Below are positions 10,824 through 21,882 of a DNA stretch of 64,000 nucleotides, piece after piece. Positions within the stretch are counted from its first letter, which is position 1, and every line of letters starts with the position of its first letter. Position numbers and translations under genes: made by a program. The notes under the pieces were generated by a model. That model saw only the letters and a list, made by a program, of their open reading frames with translations, did no database searches and was not told where the DNA came from. Source of the DNA: an uncultured Gemmatimonadales bacterium (GTDB lineage: Bacteria; Gemmatimonadota; Gemmatimonadetes; Gemmatimonadales; Gemmatimonadaceae); the NCBI GenBank assembly GCA_963850905.1, contig CAWKMU010000003.1, forward strand, positions 1,632,001 through 1,696,000, in the 5' to 3' direction.

Positions 10824-11876
10824 TCACTGGTCGACCTCGGCGAACGGCAGAGTCTCCACGGTCATTCGCGTCTCGCCGGCTGGTTGATCGCTGGTCGTCT
10901 CCCACCGCGCAGTGAGCGTGGCCCCCCGCTCGACTTCACGCCGGATCATTGCCAACGCGATCGGCCCGAATCGTGGTGATTGCACGACGGAGCGCACGTC
11001 ACCCACCGCCGCGCCGGTTGCATCGACCAGGCCCGCACGCGGTGGCGGAATCGGGTCGCCCGCAGCCAGGCGCACGCCTCGCAAGTAGCGATTCACATGG
11101 CCGCGGAAGTGGATCCGCGCCACCGGTTCCTGCCCCGTGTAACAGCCCTTCGTGTAGGAAATCGCACCGAGCTCATCGAAGTTCGCTTCTTGTGGCATCG
11201 TGCCTTCGTCGATATCGGCGCCCCATTCCGGGCGCCCGAGCTCAACGCGCGCGATGTCGAGCGCCGAAAGGCTCCCCACCGCAGCTCCCGCCTGCCGCAT
11301 TCGCTCGATCACCTCGGATGCAGCCTGCGTGGGAACGACGATCTCCAATCCCCGACCTGCATCAGGGACGCACGCGACGATCGTTGGTGATCCGCCATCG
11401 TCGTATTCGAGGTGTGCATACGGCGCCGACGGCAGGATAACCCCACTGCCCAGGCCGAGCGCAGCGCGCACGACCGAGTCGGCGCTCGGACCGAACACCC
11501 CAATGTCACTGGTCGTTTGCGTCACATCCTCGTACGCCGTGAGGCGGGGGTTCACGTACTTGCGCACGACTTCCGCCCATCCGGGAGCGGCGCGGAGCGA
11601 CGTGTCGACCAACACGGCATCGCGAAGCGCAAAAATGCGGACGTCCGCGATGATCTTCCCTTTGGGCGTCAGGACACCGGCGTAGCAGCCGCGCCCAGGC
11701 TCGAGTCCCACGACATCGTTGGTAACAAGGCCCGCGATGGTTGCGCGTGCCTGCGCACCCGCAAACCGCCACCGAGCCCGAGCCGACCGATCCACTACGA
11801 GCGCGCCCTGCTGGAGAACGGCGTATTCTCGATCTATCGCGGTGGCGCTGACTTGCTCAATGGCTGAATCAGGCAT
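10824..11876 (-). CDS. ygfZ: YgfZ/GcvT-like folate-binding protein
   Basis: KGCYTGQE signature, LTPKGKIIAD. Confidence 0.88.
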   Translation of the reverse strand: MPDSAIEQVSATAIDREYAVLQQGALVVDRSARARWRFAGAQARATIAGLVTNDVVGLEPGRGCYAGVLTPKGKIIADVRIFALRDAVLVDTSLRAAPGWAEVVRKYVNPRLTAYEDVTQTTSDIGVFGPSADSVVRAALGLGSGVILPSAPYAHLEYDDGGSPTIVACVPDAGRGLEIVVPTQAASEVIERMRQAGAAVGSLSALDIARVELGRPEWGADIDEGTMPQEANFDELGAISYTKGCYTGQEPVARIHFRGHVNRYLRGVRLAAGDPIPPPRAGLVDATGAAVGDVRSVVQSPRFGPIALAMIRREVERGATLTARWETTSDQPAGETRMTVETLPFAEVDQ

Positions 11877-11890
11877 GCCGGAAAGGTAAC

Positions 11891-12000
11891 GGCAGGGATC
11901 AGGGGTCAGGGATCGGGGGCAAATCGCGAAGCCAGTCACAGCGCACCGTGACTGGCTTAGAAGTTTCGTTCCCTGACACCTGATCCCTGACCCCTGCCCT
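11891..12000. repeat. Heptamer-armed hairpin element, type A copy 1
   Basis: CAGGGAT/CAGGGGT arms inverted around core GCAAATCGCGAAGCCAGTCAC...GTGACTGGCTT. Confidence 0.85.
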
Positions 12001-13358
12001 TACAACATATCCACTGGGTGGACTACGCCCACGCGACTCCCTGCTCGACGCAATCCCGCGCCGATCTGCATGAGGCATCCCGGATTGCCCGTCGCGACCC
12101 ACGATGCGCCGGAGGCCGTGATGTTCGCGAGCTTCGCTGCGAGTACTGATTCGGAAATGCCGGGCTGCAGCAGGTTGTAGATGCCAGCCGCGCCGCAGCA
12201 TTGATCAGCATCGGTGAGCGGCACGAGCTCGATGCCAGGGACCGCTGCCAGCATTGCAAGTGGTGGCGCGCTCACCCGCTGGCCATGAAGCAGATGGCAT
12301 GGAGGGTCGTATGCGACGCGAACTGGCGGCGCGTCAGGCGTCTGCGGGGCGTGGTCGCCCGCTGTTGTCGTACCCACGAACGGGGCAACCACTTCGCTCA
12401 CATCCCGGGCGGCCGCCGCGACGCGCGCCGCGCGCTCGGCCCACTCCGGATCGTCCGCGAGTAGATGACCATACGACTCGAGCATTGCGCCGCAGCCGGC
12501 GGCGTTGCTGACGATGACCGACACCCCTGAACGAGCGAACGCGGCGACATTCGCGCGCGCCAGCGCGCGCGCGCCCTCGAGGTCGCCGGCGTGCGCGTGC
12601 AGCGCACCGCAGCATCCCTGGTCCGGTGCATCGATGACCTCGAATCCTGCGCGCCGCACGGCCCGCACCGTGGCGCGATTGGTCTCGCGAAACAACCCGT
12701 CCATGACGCAGCCGCGTAGGAGTGCCGCGCGACCGCGACTGCCGCCTTCGGTTTCGCGTGGCTCGGTCAATGCGGGCTCGGCCGCTCGGCGGCTCCAATG
12801 CCAAGGCGCCGATCGGCGGCGCGTGGTGCTCGCCAACATCGCCATCGCGAACCCGATGCGGCCGGGGAGTCGCGAGAGCAACGATGCGATGCGCGTGTCG
12901 CGCAGCACGCGGGCCGCTGCCAGAGCGATACCGAGGCGGCCGGGTCGAGCGAACACCCAGAGGATCGCTCGGCCAACGGGCGCCAACGGACGCTGGGCGA
13001 TAAGTGTGGCCCGCGTCGCCTCGAGCAACTCGCCGTACGGTACGCCGGACGGACAGGCCGTCTCACACGCGCGGCAGCCCAGGCAGCGGTCAATGTGCGT
13101 GTGCACGCTCTCGTCGTCGACGGCGAGTGTCCCGTCGACGAGGGCGCGCATCAGCACGAGCCGACCGCGCGGGCTGTCGTTCTCGTCTTCGAGCGCGAGA
13201 TACGTGGGGCAGGCCTGCAGGCAGAATCCGCAGTGCACGCAGAGATCGAGTCCGTGACTCGCGCGCGCCAGTGGCGTTTCCGGTGCCGCGCATGCGTCAT
13301 CGCCTCCGATCTCCGGCTCGTCCTGGGTCAGTCGAGCGCCGTTCGTTCGGTCAACCAC
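12000..13358 (-). CDS. glcF: Glycolate oxidase iron-sulfur subunit
   Basis: CVHCGFCLQAC, CLGCRACETAC and two CCG domains; start approximate. Confidence 0.9.
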   Translation of the reverse strand: MVDRTNGARLTQDEPEIGGDDACAAPETPLARASHGLDLCVHCGFCLQACPTYLALEDENDSPRGRLVLMRALVDGTLAVDDESVHTHIDRCLGCRACETACPSGVPYGELLEATRATLIAQRPLAPVGRAILWVFARPGRLGIALAAARVLRDTRIASLLSRLPGRIGFAMAMLASTTRRRSAPWHWSRRAAEPALTEPRETEGGSRGRAALLRGCVMDGLFRETNRATVRAVRRAGFEVIDAPDQGCCGALHAHAGDLEGARALARANVAAFARSGVSVIVSNAAGCGAMLESYGHLLADDPEWAERAARVAAAARDVSEVVAPFVGTTTAGDHAPQTPDAPPVRVAYDPPCHLLHGQRVSAPPLAMLAAVPGIELVPLTDADQCCGAAGIYNLLQPGISESVLAAKLANITASGASWVATGNPGCLMQIGAGLRRAGSRVGVVHPVDML

Positions 13359-14649
13359 GGTCGATCTCCTCGCCGAGGACGCCCGGATTGAGGACATGAG
13401 CGGGATCGAATGCGCGGCGGACACGCCGTGAGAGCGGATCGCGCATCGCACGCGCACCGACGGCGCCCCATAGCCAGGGAGGCAGGCGCTCCGGGATGCA
13501 GGTGCCCGCGAACCCCGTCGCGTGAGGCTCGACCACTCCGGCGATCTCGCGCGTGTGAGCGGCGTCACCGGCGATGGCCGCAGCCAGCGGAGCCGAGCCG
13601 GGGTTCGGGATGATGGCACGCACGATGCCGCGGGCGACGGACGCGTGAACGAGGGCGTCGGCAAAGGGCGCACACGCCACGCCAGCGTGCGCCCACGTCG
13701 CGTTCAGGAGCAACGGGACCTGCGACCATCGCAGCACCGCTGCCCCCAGGCTCGTGCCCGCTTCGGCGCGCCGTAGCGCAGTCCAGATCTGCGGGACGAC
13801 CGGCACGGCATCGCCAATCGCCTCCAGCGCCGCGCGCTCGGCGGCCACGCGCTCGGCGTTGCCGGTAATCCGCGCCAGCGCGACCGGCCCATCGGCGCCT
13901 CCAGGCAATTCCAACTGACTGGCCAAGCGGCGATTGAGCACCTCCAGCGCCGTGGGCGCAACCGACGCCGCGCGGAGGGCTTGCAAGAGATCGTCGATTC
14001 CGTTCCCATCGGTCTCGCGAGTGAGGCGCCCCACCCGCGTGCGACGCCGGGCGATCACCAGCGTCTCATCACAGAGCGGTCGGCCGCGGAGGCGGACCGT
14101 GACTTCGGTGAGTATGCCGAGGGTGCCCCAGGCACCGGTCAACAGGCGGGTGAGATCGAAGCCGGCTACGTTCTTCACCACGCGACCACCGGCGCGAATC
14201 ACCGCACCTTCGCCCGTGACCGCTTCGAGACCCAACACGACGTCGCGCGGGAGGCCAAGGGCGGCGCCGAGCGGGCCGGCGGACGCGGTCGCGATCGTCG
14301 CACCGATGGAGCCGCCGTGCTCCGCAACGGAGAACGGATCGAGTGGCAGCCACTGGTTCTCGCTGGCCGCCGCGGCTTCGATCGTCGAGAGCGCCGTACC
14401 GGCGCGCGCCGTCAGCGTGAGGTCACCCGGTGTGTAGTCGGTGATCCCGTCGAGCGCGCCGAGCCCGACTGGTCGGGCGTCAGGCGACGTGGGGTGGCCG
14501 CCGTCGAGCCAGGTGCCGAGACCGACGATCCTCAGTGGCGTGCGCCTCGCAGCGGCTTCACGTACGGCATCCTGTACGTCCGCGACGGATTGCGGCACCG
14601 CGACGCTGGCCGCCGGCCGGAACGTGTCACGCTCCTGCACAATGCTCAT
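13351..14649 (-). CDS. glcE: Glycolate oxidase FAD-binding subunit
   Basis: GGRVVKNVAGFDL, FDP..VLNPG; ATGA overlap with glcD. Confidence 0.88.
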   Translation of the reverse strand: MSIVQERDTFRPAASVAVPQSVADVQDAVREAAARRTPLRIVGLGTWLDGGHPTSPDARPVGLGALDGITDYTPGDLTLTARAGTALSTIEAAAASENQWLPLDPFSVAEHGGSIGATIATASAGPLGAALGLPRDVVLGLEAVTGEGAVIRAGGRVVKNVAGFDLTRLLTGAWGTLGILTEVTVRLRGRPLCDETLVIARRRTRVGRLTRETDGNGIDDLLQALRAASVAPTALEVLNRRLASQLELPGGADGPVALARITGNAERVAAERAALEAIGDAVPVVPQIWTALRRAEAGTSLGAAVLRWSQVPLLLNATWAHAGVACAPFADALVHASVARGIVRAIIPNPGSAPLAAAIAGDAAHTREIAGVVEPHATGFAGTCIPERLPPWLWGAVGARAMRDPLSRRVRRAFDPAHVLNPGVLGEEIDRG

Positions 14650-16115
14650 GGGCGCCTCATGGCCCGGGAGGCCGACGCCCATTCCCGACAGTACCGCGTC
14701 GGCACAACCTTGCCCGGGTTGGCGCGGCGCGCCGGGTCGAACACCTCGCGCAGCCGACATTGAGCGGCCAGGGACTCGGGCGAGAAAATGAGGTCCATGT
14801 ACTCCAGCTTATCGAGCCCGACGCCGTGCTCCCCGGTGATTGTCCCGCCGGCGTCAACGCAGCACCGCATGATCGCGCGCATCGCCGCGCCGACCCGCGC
14901 CACCTCTTCGGCGTTATCCCCGTGGTAGGGAATGTTTGGATGCAGGTTTCCGTCGCCGGCGTGGAAGACGTTGCACACCGTGACGCCGTGCGCGGCGGCA
15001 ATCTCGCGGATCTGCATGAGCACGTCTGGCAACCGCGTACGCGGGATCACCGCATCCTGCACCACGAGGTGCGAGGATACTCTCCCCATGGCACCGAAGG
15101 CCTTCTTGCGACCCTGCCACAGTCGGGCGCGATCGGCCGGATCCGAGGCGACACGCACCGTACGGGCGCCGTGATCAGTACACAGTTGCGTGATGGTCCG
15201 CGCATCTGCTTCGAGGCCCGCCGCGGGCCCGTCGACTTCGGCCAGCAACACGGCATCGACGTCCGTCGGGTACCCGGCCGCATACACCGACGCTTCGACG
15301 GCGCGAATCGTAGGGCCATCCATCATCTCGAGAGCTGCCGGCACAATGCCAGCGGCGATGATCGCCGATGTCGCGCGCGCCGCGTCCACCAGATGGGGAA
15401 AGTCGGCCAGCAGTGTGCGCACCGCTGCGGGAGTGCGCGTGAGCTTCACCGTTACGTCGAGGGCAACGCCAAAGCATCCCTCCGAGCCGACGAACGCGCC
15501 GAGCAGATCGTACCCCGTCGACTCGCCACCGGCCACGCCATTGCCCAGGGCGACGATGTCTCCGTCTGGAAGAATGGCGGTCACGCCCAGCACGTGGTTG
15601 AGGGTCACTCCGTACTTCAGGCAGTGGGGGCCGCCCGAATTCTCCGCTACGTTACCGCCGATCGTGCACGCCGCCTGACTCGACGGGTCCGGCGCGTAGT
15701 AGAGGCCAAACGGGGCCGCGGCGCGCGACAACGTGGCGTTGACCACGCCCGGTTCGACGACCGCCACCGCGTTGTGCGGATCGAGCGCCAGAATCCGGCG
15801 CAGACGGTTCAGACCGATCAGGACGACGCCGTCGGCCAGGGCGCCAGCCGACAAGCCCGTCCCGGCACCGCGCGGGACGAACGGCGCCTCGTGGTCGGCG
15901 AGGACTCGAACGACAGCGATCAATTGATCGCGTGTCGAGGGGAACACCGCGAGCGATGGAAACTTGCGATACCCGGGGAGTGCGTCCGACGTATAGACCA
16001 GTAGCTCGCTTGGTCGACGCAGGACGCTACGCGGGCCCACGACACCCTCGAGCGCGCGCACGAGCGCCGCGCTCGCTTCGGATGCGTCAGGTCTGAGACT
16101 GGGGCTGTGGTCCAT
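14646..16115 (-). CDS. glcD: Glycolate oxidase subunit (FAD-linked oxidase)
   Basis: PRGAGTGLS, APDPSSQ, HAGDGNLHP and GEHGVG motifs. Confidence 0.92.
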   Translation of the reverse strand: MDHSPSLRPDASEASAALVRALEGVVGPRSVLRRPSELLVYTSDALPGYRKFPSLAVFPSTRDQLIAVVRVLADHEAPFVPRGAGTGLSAGALADGVVLIGLNRLRRILALDPHNAVAVVEPGVVNATLSRAAAPFGLYYAPDPSSQAACTIGGNVAENSGGPHCLKYGVTLNHVLGVTAILPDGDIVALGNGVAGGESTGYDLLGAFVGSEGCFGVALDVTVKLTRTPAAVRTLLADFPHLVDAARATSAIIAAGIVPAALEMMDGPTIRAVEASVYAAGYPTDVDAVLLAEVDGPAAGLEADARTITQLCTDHGARTVRVASDPADRARLWQGRKKAFGAMGRVSSHLVVQDAVIPRTRLPDVLMQIREIAAAHGVTVCNVFHAGDGNLHPNIPYHGDNAEEVARVGAAMRAIMRCCVDAGGTITGEHGVGLDKLEYMDLIFSPESLAAQCRLREVFDPARRANPGKVVPTRYCREWASASRAMRRP

Positions 16116-16755
16116 GACCGTTCGACTTGGCGCGCACGTGCACAACCGCGCGGTGCTCGAGTGCCTCGACGGCTGGAGCGAGCAGCACCTCGATCTCGCG
16201 GAGGCGGCCGCCTGGCGAGCGTGAGACGAGTAGCCGTTGCTGATCCTTGACGTTCATGTCGATCACGCCGGCAATCGCGAACGCCAGCATTTTCGGATCG
16301 TCGGGAAGTGCCGGCAGTGCGTCGGAATCGTCGGCGAGCGTTCGCGCGGCCGTACCGACGCGGACAAACAACTCGCGTACGCGATCCGCCACGGGGGTCA
16401 ACGCGACGACCGACTCGTCGGCATCCTCGTAGCCCGCCACGGTCCCGACGTGATAGGGTCGATCGGTCTCGGCAAAGCCTTCCAACACAAACCGCTCGCT
16501 GCCCTGGATCATGATGTTGGCACGACCGTCGGGGAGCGCCTCCGCGCGCTCGACCTGGGCAATGCATCCCACGTGACCCGCCGGGATTTCTCGCTCGCGC
16601 ACCCCCTCGGGTCGAAACAGCACGCCGAACGAGCGGTCGCCAGCCAGGCAGTCCGCGAGCATGGCCCGATAACGGGGTTCATAGATGTGGAGTGGTCGGT
16701 GCGCGCCTGGGAACAGCACCAGGGGTAGCGGAAAGAGCGGCAGGCGCGAGCGCAC
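16087..16755 (-). CDS. LON peptidase N-terminal substrate-binding domain protein
   Basis: LPLFPL..VLFPG..PLHIYEPRYRAM. Confidence 0.88.
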   Translation of the reverse strand: MRSRLPLFPLPLVLFPGAHRPLHIYEPRYRAMLADCLAGDRSFGVLFRPEGVREREIPAGHVGCIAQVERAEALPDGRANIMIQGSERFVLEGFAETDRPYHVGTVAGYEDADESVVALTPVADRVRELFVRVGTAARTLADDSDALPALPDDPKMLAFAIAGVIDMNVKDQQRLLVSRSPGGRLREIEVLLAPAVEALEHRAVVHVRAKSNGHGPQPQSQT

Positions 16756-16768
16756 GACGGCCGGTAGC

Positions 16769-19700
16769 TCAGGATGCGACCGGCAACCTGACGGTCGCTT
16801 TGCGCTCGAGCTTGCCCCACCCGACGACACGCCCGACGAATGCAGCCTTGAACGAGCGGACGACAACCCAATACATCAGCTGGCGATAGGCGAAACGCTG
16901 GATGAGGATGAGCCACGTGAGGGACTTGTCTTCGCCCGGTTCCATCAGAAACGCGATGCCGGCGCCCAGCCAGTCGACGAGCAGGAAGATCGCGTAATAC
17001 GTGAACACGTGCGCCATACTCGCCATGGCGAATGTGTTGCCGTGCTCGGACCGCGTCAGCGCGATCGACAGGAGGCTATACACAAATGCGAGGTCGGCGA
17101 GTGGCGAAAGGGCGGGCAGCAGCAGTTGAAAGAGCCACGTGTTGGGCAGTGCCGCGAATCCGAGTGTGCCGAACTTGGGATTGAACAGCGCGGAGCGGTA
17201 CTTCCACGCACATTGCAACGTACCGAAAGACCAGCGAAACCGCTGCTTCGCGAGTGCGCGAAAGGTGTCGGGCGCTTCAGTATAGCCGATCGCACCGTCC
17301 GCGTACGCAATCGAGTGGCCGGCGCGCCGGATCGCCAGCGTGAGATCCTGGTCCTCGGCTAGGGTGTCCGATCGGAAGCCGCCTGCGGCTTCGACGAGCG
17401 CCCTCCGCCACGCCCCGACGGCGCCCGGAACGACGGTGATCCCGTTGAGCAGCGAGAAGGCACGGCGGTCCAGATTCTGGCTCGTGACGTACTCGAGGGC
17501 CTGCCAGCGGGTGACGAGGTTGACGCGGTTCCCGACTTTCGCGTTCCCCGCCACTGCGCCGACCCGCGGATCTGCCAACGGCTGCACCAACTCGTCCACG
17601 GTGTCGGCCGCGAAGATGGTATCGGCGTCGAGTGCAATCACGATCTCGTAGCGTGCGCGAGCGAGGCCGAAGTTGAGGGCGCTCGCCTTGCCGCCGTTTT
17701 CCTTCCGGTAGACGGAGACGGTCCGGGAATCCGGATAGGCGTCTCGCACGACCTGATAGGTGTTGTCCGTCGAGCCGTCATCGACCACGATGATCTCGAA
17801 CGGTCCGCCGTACTGCTGACCCAGCAGGCTCCGCACCGTCTTCAGGATGACGCGCCCCTCGTTGAACGCCGGCACCACGACACTCACCGGCGGCGCGAAC
17901 GTCGTCGGTTCACCGCGCCGCTGGTGGCGGAGGATGCGCTGGAGGAGGGCGAGTGGGCCAATCAGGACGAGTCGCCCGATGCCGAGCACCACGGCGACCA
18001 TGAAGATCCAGTACAGCGCGAGTTCGCCGTAGCCCAGTGCGGCCCAGCCCGCGAGTAGCGCCATGCGGGCAAGCTCGTTCATCCGCGGCAACGGTGGCAT
18101 CGCCTCGTCGCGGCTGATCCCGACGAGCTGCGAGAGCAGCACCAGCGTGTCGCCGTTGGCCCGCAACGAATCGATGATGGGGCCGAGCGCCGCGAGCGTT
18201 CGCGCACGATCGCCACCCCCGTCGTGGAGGAGCACCACGTTTCCCGTATCGCGGCCCGACATCGCGAGCTTGATCACCGAGTCGACGGGGATGGGCTGCC
18301 AGTCCTCGGAGTCGTCGCGAAGGCCGACCGTGTAATAACCTTGTCGTGTCGCGATGCCGACGGGGACGAGCTCGTCCGGCGTCGTGGGTGTCGCGTCGCC
18401 GAAGTAGGGTGGCCGAAAGAACGCCGTGCGATGATCGATCACCGACTCGATGAGGTTCTCATTCGCATCGAGCTCGACCCGCGTCCGCTTGTCGGACGTC
18501 AGCGCGAGATTCGGGTGCGAGTAGGTGTGGTTGCCGATCTCATGTCCTTCGGCGTAGATGCGGCGCGTCAGCGCCATGTGCGTGTCGACGTTCTCGCCGA
18601 TCAGAAAGAACGTCGCGGGGGCATTGTACCTTTTCAGCGTGTCGAGGATGAGCGGTGTCCACGTGCCATCGGGCCCGTCGTCGAACGTCAGCGCGACCTC
18701 GTGCGCCTTCTGCCCGTACCGGTCGACGACGTACGGCTTGGGGTCGCGCACGATGGAGTCGCGGACCACCGTCCCGGATGGATCGACCGCGAGGACGCGC
18801 AAGCCGGGCGTCGGCCATTCGCGGACCCGGAGGATGTCGCCCCCGCTGTCGGGCTCCTCGCCCCGGGGACACTCGCGATGTGGACCGACGATGCGGACAC
18901 CAGGGCGTGACTCACAGACGACGTCGTTGACGAACTCCACGTCGTAGCCCGCCGGCACGCTGCGCAGGCTGTCCGGTGCAGCGGCCAGGCCGTGGCGCCC
19001 CAACACGGCCCACAACGAGGCGTCCTCCTGGCCGAGCCGCCAGAGCGCGAATCCCGCGACACCCATGTCCCGGCCGACGCGGAGTTGGTTGTAGGCGGTC
19101 ACTGCGTCCAGGTACCACACGACATGATCGGTGGAGTCCGGGTCGGTCCACGAGATATACGGATTGAGCGACACTGGGTCGAACTGCGTTGCCACGTGGT
19201 GGTCGCGCGCCTCTTCCATCGTCTCCTGAAACGTCATGACATCGCCCGGGCTGCCGCTGTCGTTCCAGTCGTAGCCGTACGCGCCCACCATGAAGATCAG
19301 TTTTCGCGGCGGCACGGCCTCGGCGAAATGGCGCGCCCTGTCGATATAGAACTGCTGACTCGCCACCGGCCCGGGCGTCCCGAGCTGATAGTGTTCGTCG
19401 AGCAGCATCGCGAAGAGGTAGTCGCTGACGGCGCCGAGCCGTTCGATCTGGCGACGCGTGGCGAAGGACGGAATGGCGACTGTCACGATGCGCTTATATG
19501 GCAACAACGCGTCGCGGAGTGACGCGACGAATGCGACCTCGGCGCCTTCGAGGTCCTCCGGGACCTCCTCGAAGTCGACCGTGACGCCCGCCAGTGAATC
19601 GTGGAGCACGACGTCACGCAGCTGCACGATGGCGCGGGCCCGCGCTTGGGGCGAACGCAGCATGGCCTTCACCGCTGGCTGACTGAACATCTTCCCGGTC

Positions 19701-20275
19701 GGCGAAGAGTCCCGCGCGCGTCGGTCGAAGTTGTTGACCATGAGCAGAATCGCCGGCGGCGACTCGACCGACGACTTCCGCACGATGTCGAACACCTTGT
19801 GATTGACGTCGAACTGGACCGAGTCGCCGGCAGGGGCGAGAAACCCCCACTCGCACACGACCCAGTCGAGGTCGTTGACGTGCTGCTCGAGCGACGCGAG
19901 TGCGTTATCGGGCCCGTTCTCGAAAAAGCCGGCGACGATCGGATCGCTGGCGTTACCCGGTCGGGCCACCAGGCTGCCGCCCCCCGGTGGAGCGAACCGC
20001 CCACGCCGGGCCGGGGGCACGACTCGGAAGGTGTGCGCGAGGCTGCGGCGGATCGCCAGGCGCTCGCGCTGATCCCGATTGAACGCCCGAGGGGGAACGA
20101 TCCGGTGGTCGACCGGGAGCGACGGGATCAGCGGTGGCATGGCGACGGCGACGATCAACAGCGCCGCGAGTGCCATCGCCACCGCGCCCACCGCGATCCA
20201 AAAACGCCGCCATTCGCGGGCGCGTCGACCGTGGGGGTCGAGGAAAACCGGGGTGTTACGAGCGGGAGTGATCAT
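16769..20275 (-). CDS. GH18-like / polysaccharide deacetylase / GT2 (PgaC/IcaA-like) fusion
   Basis: VDFEE GH18-like motif; CE4 motifs TFDDGP, HTYSHP, FRPPY, LLHDGG; GT2 motifs DDGS, DAD, AED, QRFRW. Confidence 0.92.
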   Translation of the reverse strand: MITPARNTPVFLDPHGRRAREWRRFWIAVGAVAMALAALLIVAVAMPPLIPSLPVDHRIVPPRAFNRDQRERLAIRRSLAHTFRVVPPARRGRFAPPGGGSLVARPGNASDPIVAGFFENGPDNALASLEQHVNDLDWVVCEWGFLAPAGDSVQFDVNHKVFDIVRKSSVESPPAILLMVNNFDRRARDSSPTGKMFSQPAVKAMLRSPQARARAIVQLRDVVLHDSLAGVTVDFEEVPEDLEGAEVAFVASLRDALLPYKRIVTVAIPSFATRRQIERLGAVSDYLFAMLLDEHYQLGTPGPVASQQFYIDRARHFAEAVPPRKLIFMVGAYGYDWNDSGSPGDVMTFQETMEEARDHHVATQFDPVSLNPYISWTDPDSTDHVVWYLDAVTAYNQLRVGRDMGVAGFALWRLGQEDASLWAVLGRHGLAAAPDSLRSVPAGYDVEFVNDVVCESRPGVRIVGPHRECPRGEEPDSGGDILRVREWPTPGLRVLAVDPSGTVVRDSIVRDPKPYVVDRYGQKAHEVALTFDDGPDGTWTPLILDTLKRYNAPATFFLIGENVDTHMALTRRIYAEGHEIGNHTYSHPNLALTSDKRTRVELDANENLIESVIDHRTAFFRPPYFGDATPTTPDELVPVGIATRQGYYTVGLRDDSEDWQPIPVDSVIKLAMSGRDTGNVVLLHDGGGDRARTLAALGPIIDSLRANGDTLVLLSQLVGISRDEAMPPLPRMNELARMALLAGWAALGYGELALYWIFMVAVVLGIGRLVLIGPLALLQRILRHQRRGEPTTFAPPVSVVVPAFNEGRVILKTVRSLLGQQYGGPFEIIVVDDGSTDNTYQVVRDAYPDSRTVSVYRKENGGKASALNFGLARARYEIVIALDADTIFAADTVDELVQPLADPRVGAVAGNAKVGNRVNLVTRWQALEYVTSQNLDRRAFSLLNGITVVPGAVGAWRRALVEAAGGFRSDTLAEDQDLTLAIRRAGHSIAYADGAIGYTEAPDTFRALAKQRFRWSFGTLQCAWKYRSALFNPKFGTLGFAALPNTWLFQLLLPALSPLADLAFVYSLLSIALTRSEHGNTFAMASMAHVFTYYAIFLLVDWLGAGIAFLMEPGEDKSLTWLILIQRFAYRQLMYWVVVRSFKAAFVGRVVGWGKLERKATVRLPVAS

Positions 20276-20383
20276 ATGCGGAGACGCGGTACGCGCCGAC
20301 CCCGACTGACAGAATCGCTCGCTTGGGCGTCACCGAGAAAAGCTAATCCGGCCGATCAGCGGCCGCGCGGCGCGGACCGGCGC

Positions 20384-20857
20384 TCATTCACCGGTCGTGA
20401 TCCGCTGCACGAGGGCGCGCAATTCACTGAGCTCAAAAGGCTTCTGCAGGACCGGGCACGCGGTTCGCTGCACGAATTCCGCGGCATCCTGTGACACCGC
20501 ATCACCTGTGGCGACGATCAGGCGCGAGAGCAACTCGGGCCGGTGCGCGCGCAACCAGTCGTACAACTCGGCCCCACTGACGCCGGGCATCCGGAGGTCG
20601 CAAATGAGCAAATCATATTGAGGGGGGGCATCGGGCCCCCCGGCAAGTTTCCCGAGGGCGATCTTTCCATCCCCGGCTTCGTCGACGCGCCAGCCGTCCC
20701 GGGCGAGGAACCGGCGGAGGGCAAGACGAATCGACGCCTCGTCGTCTATGACGAGTGCGCGCCGCGCGGTCGAGGACGGGCTCGCGCGGTCGTGCTGACG
20801 GCCTGCGTCGTCAGGCGGCCCAGAACCCCGCGAGGGCGGTTCCGTCGGGGGATGCAC
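20384..20857 (-). CDS. Single-domain response regulator (start uncertain)
   Basis: LVIDDE, CDLRMPG, KPF. Confidence 0.82.
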   Translation of the reverse strand: MHPPTEPPSRGSGPPDDAGRQHDRASPSSTARRALVIDDEASIRLALRRFLARDGWRVDEAGDGKIALGKLAGGPDAPPQYDLLICDLRMPGVSGAELYDWLRAHRPELLSRLIVATGDAVSQDAAEFVQRTACPVLQKPFELSELRALVQRITTGE

Positions 20858-21701
20858 GCAGCTTTTCGAATGCCCGCTCGCGGATCTGACGAATCCGCTC
20901 GCGCGTCACGCCGAGCAACGCGCCGATCTTCTCCAGCGTCATAGCTTCGGATCCCTCCTCGAGACCGTAATACAGGTACAGGATCTTCCGTTCGCGCGGC
21001 GTCAGGTATTTCCGGAAAACGCGATCGATGAACTCACGCATCAACTTGAAGTCGGTGATCTCCTCCATCTCTGCGCCGTCCACCCCGGCAAAGCGCTCGC
21101 CCAGGGTGCAGGCCTCGCGGTCAGACCGGTCGATCGGCGCATCGAAGGAGATCTCGGTGGACGACATCTGTCGAGCGGAGCGGACGGACTCGGGCGTCTC
21201 CTCGATGAGGCGCCCGATCTCATGGTCCGTCGGATCGCGCTTGAGCACTTGCGCAAGCACGGTTTCGGCACGCGCGAGCTTGATGAGCTGGGAATTCTGG
21301 TTGAGCGGAATGCGCACCGATCGGGTTTGCTCGGCGAGCGCCTTGAGGACCGCCTGGCGGACCCACCACACGGCGTACGAGATGAACTTGACGCCCTGGT
21401 CGGGATCGAACTTCCGTACCGCCTTGAGGAGCCCCTCGTTGCCGATCGCGACGAGCTCGCTCAGGTCGAGTCCGTGTCCCTGGTATTTCTTCACGTACGA
21501 GATCACGAACCGCAGGTTCGCCGTGACGAGCCGTTCTGCCGCTTTCTCGTCGCCTCGCTGAGCGCGGCGGGCGAGACGCCGCTCCTCTTCGGCGTCGGAG
21601 ATCAAGGGGAGCTTCTGTATGTCCTGCAAGTACTGATCGAAAGCGGTGGAGGGTGCGCTGCGGAAATACCCCTTACTCCGGCTTTCGGTCGCTTGCTGCA
21701 T
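20811..21701 (-). CDS. RpoD/SigA-family sigma-70 factor lacking region 1.1
   Basis: YLQDI, ANLRFV, KFISYAVWW and TRERIRQI motifs. Confidence 0.93.
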   Translation of the reverse strand: MQQATESRSKGYFRSAPSTAFDQYLQDIQKLPLISDAEEERRLARRAQRGDEKAAERLVTANLRFVISYVKKYQGHGLDLSELVAIGNEGLLKAVRKFDPDQGVKFISYAVWWVRQAVLKALAEQTRSVRIPLNQNSQLIKLARAETVLAQVLKRDPTDHEIGRLIEETPESVRSARQMSSTEISFDAPIDRSDREACTLGERFAGVDGAEMEEITDFKLMREFIDRVFRKYLTPRERKILYLYYGLEEGSEAMTLEKIGALLGVTRERIRQIRERAFEKLRASPDGTALAGFWAA

Positions 21702-21882
21702 ACACGCCCCTTAGCAGAGAGTCTCGATTGTCGTGCGGGAATGGCGCTACCGTCGATCGAGTCCGTGCTCGCGTGGTCGCGAAGCAGGGGAGGACCAGGG
21801 CCACCCTACTCCGAATTGCGCTGACCTCGCTTCATCGGCGCACGTCGGTGCGTCTTGCCCGCCCCCCGGAAATCCGGCCCGC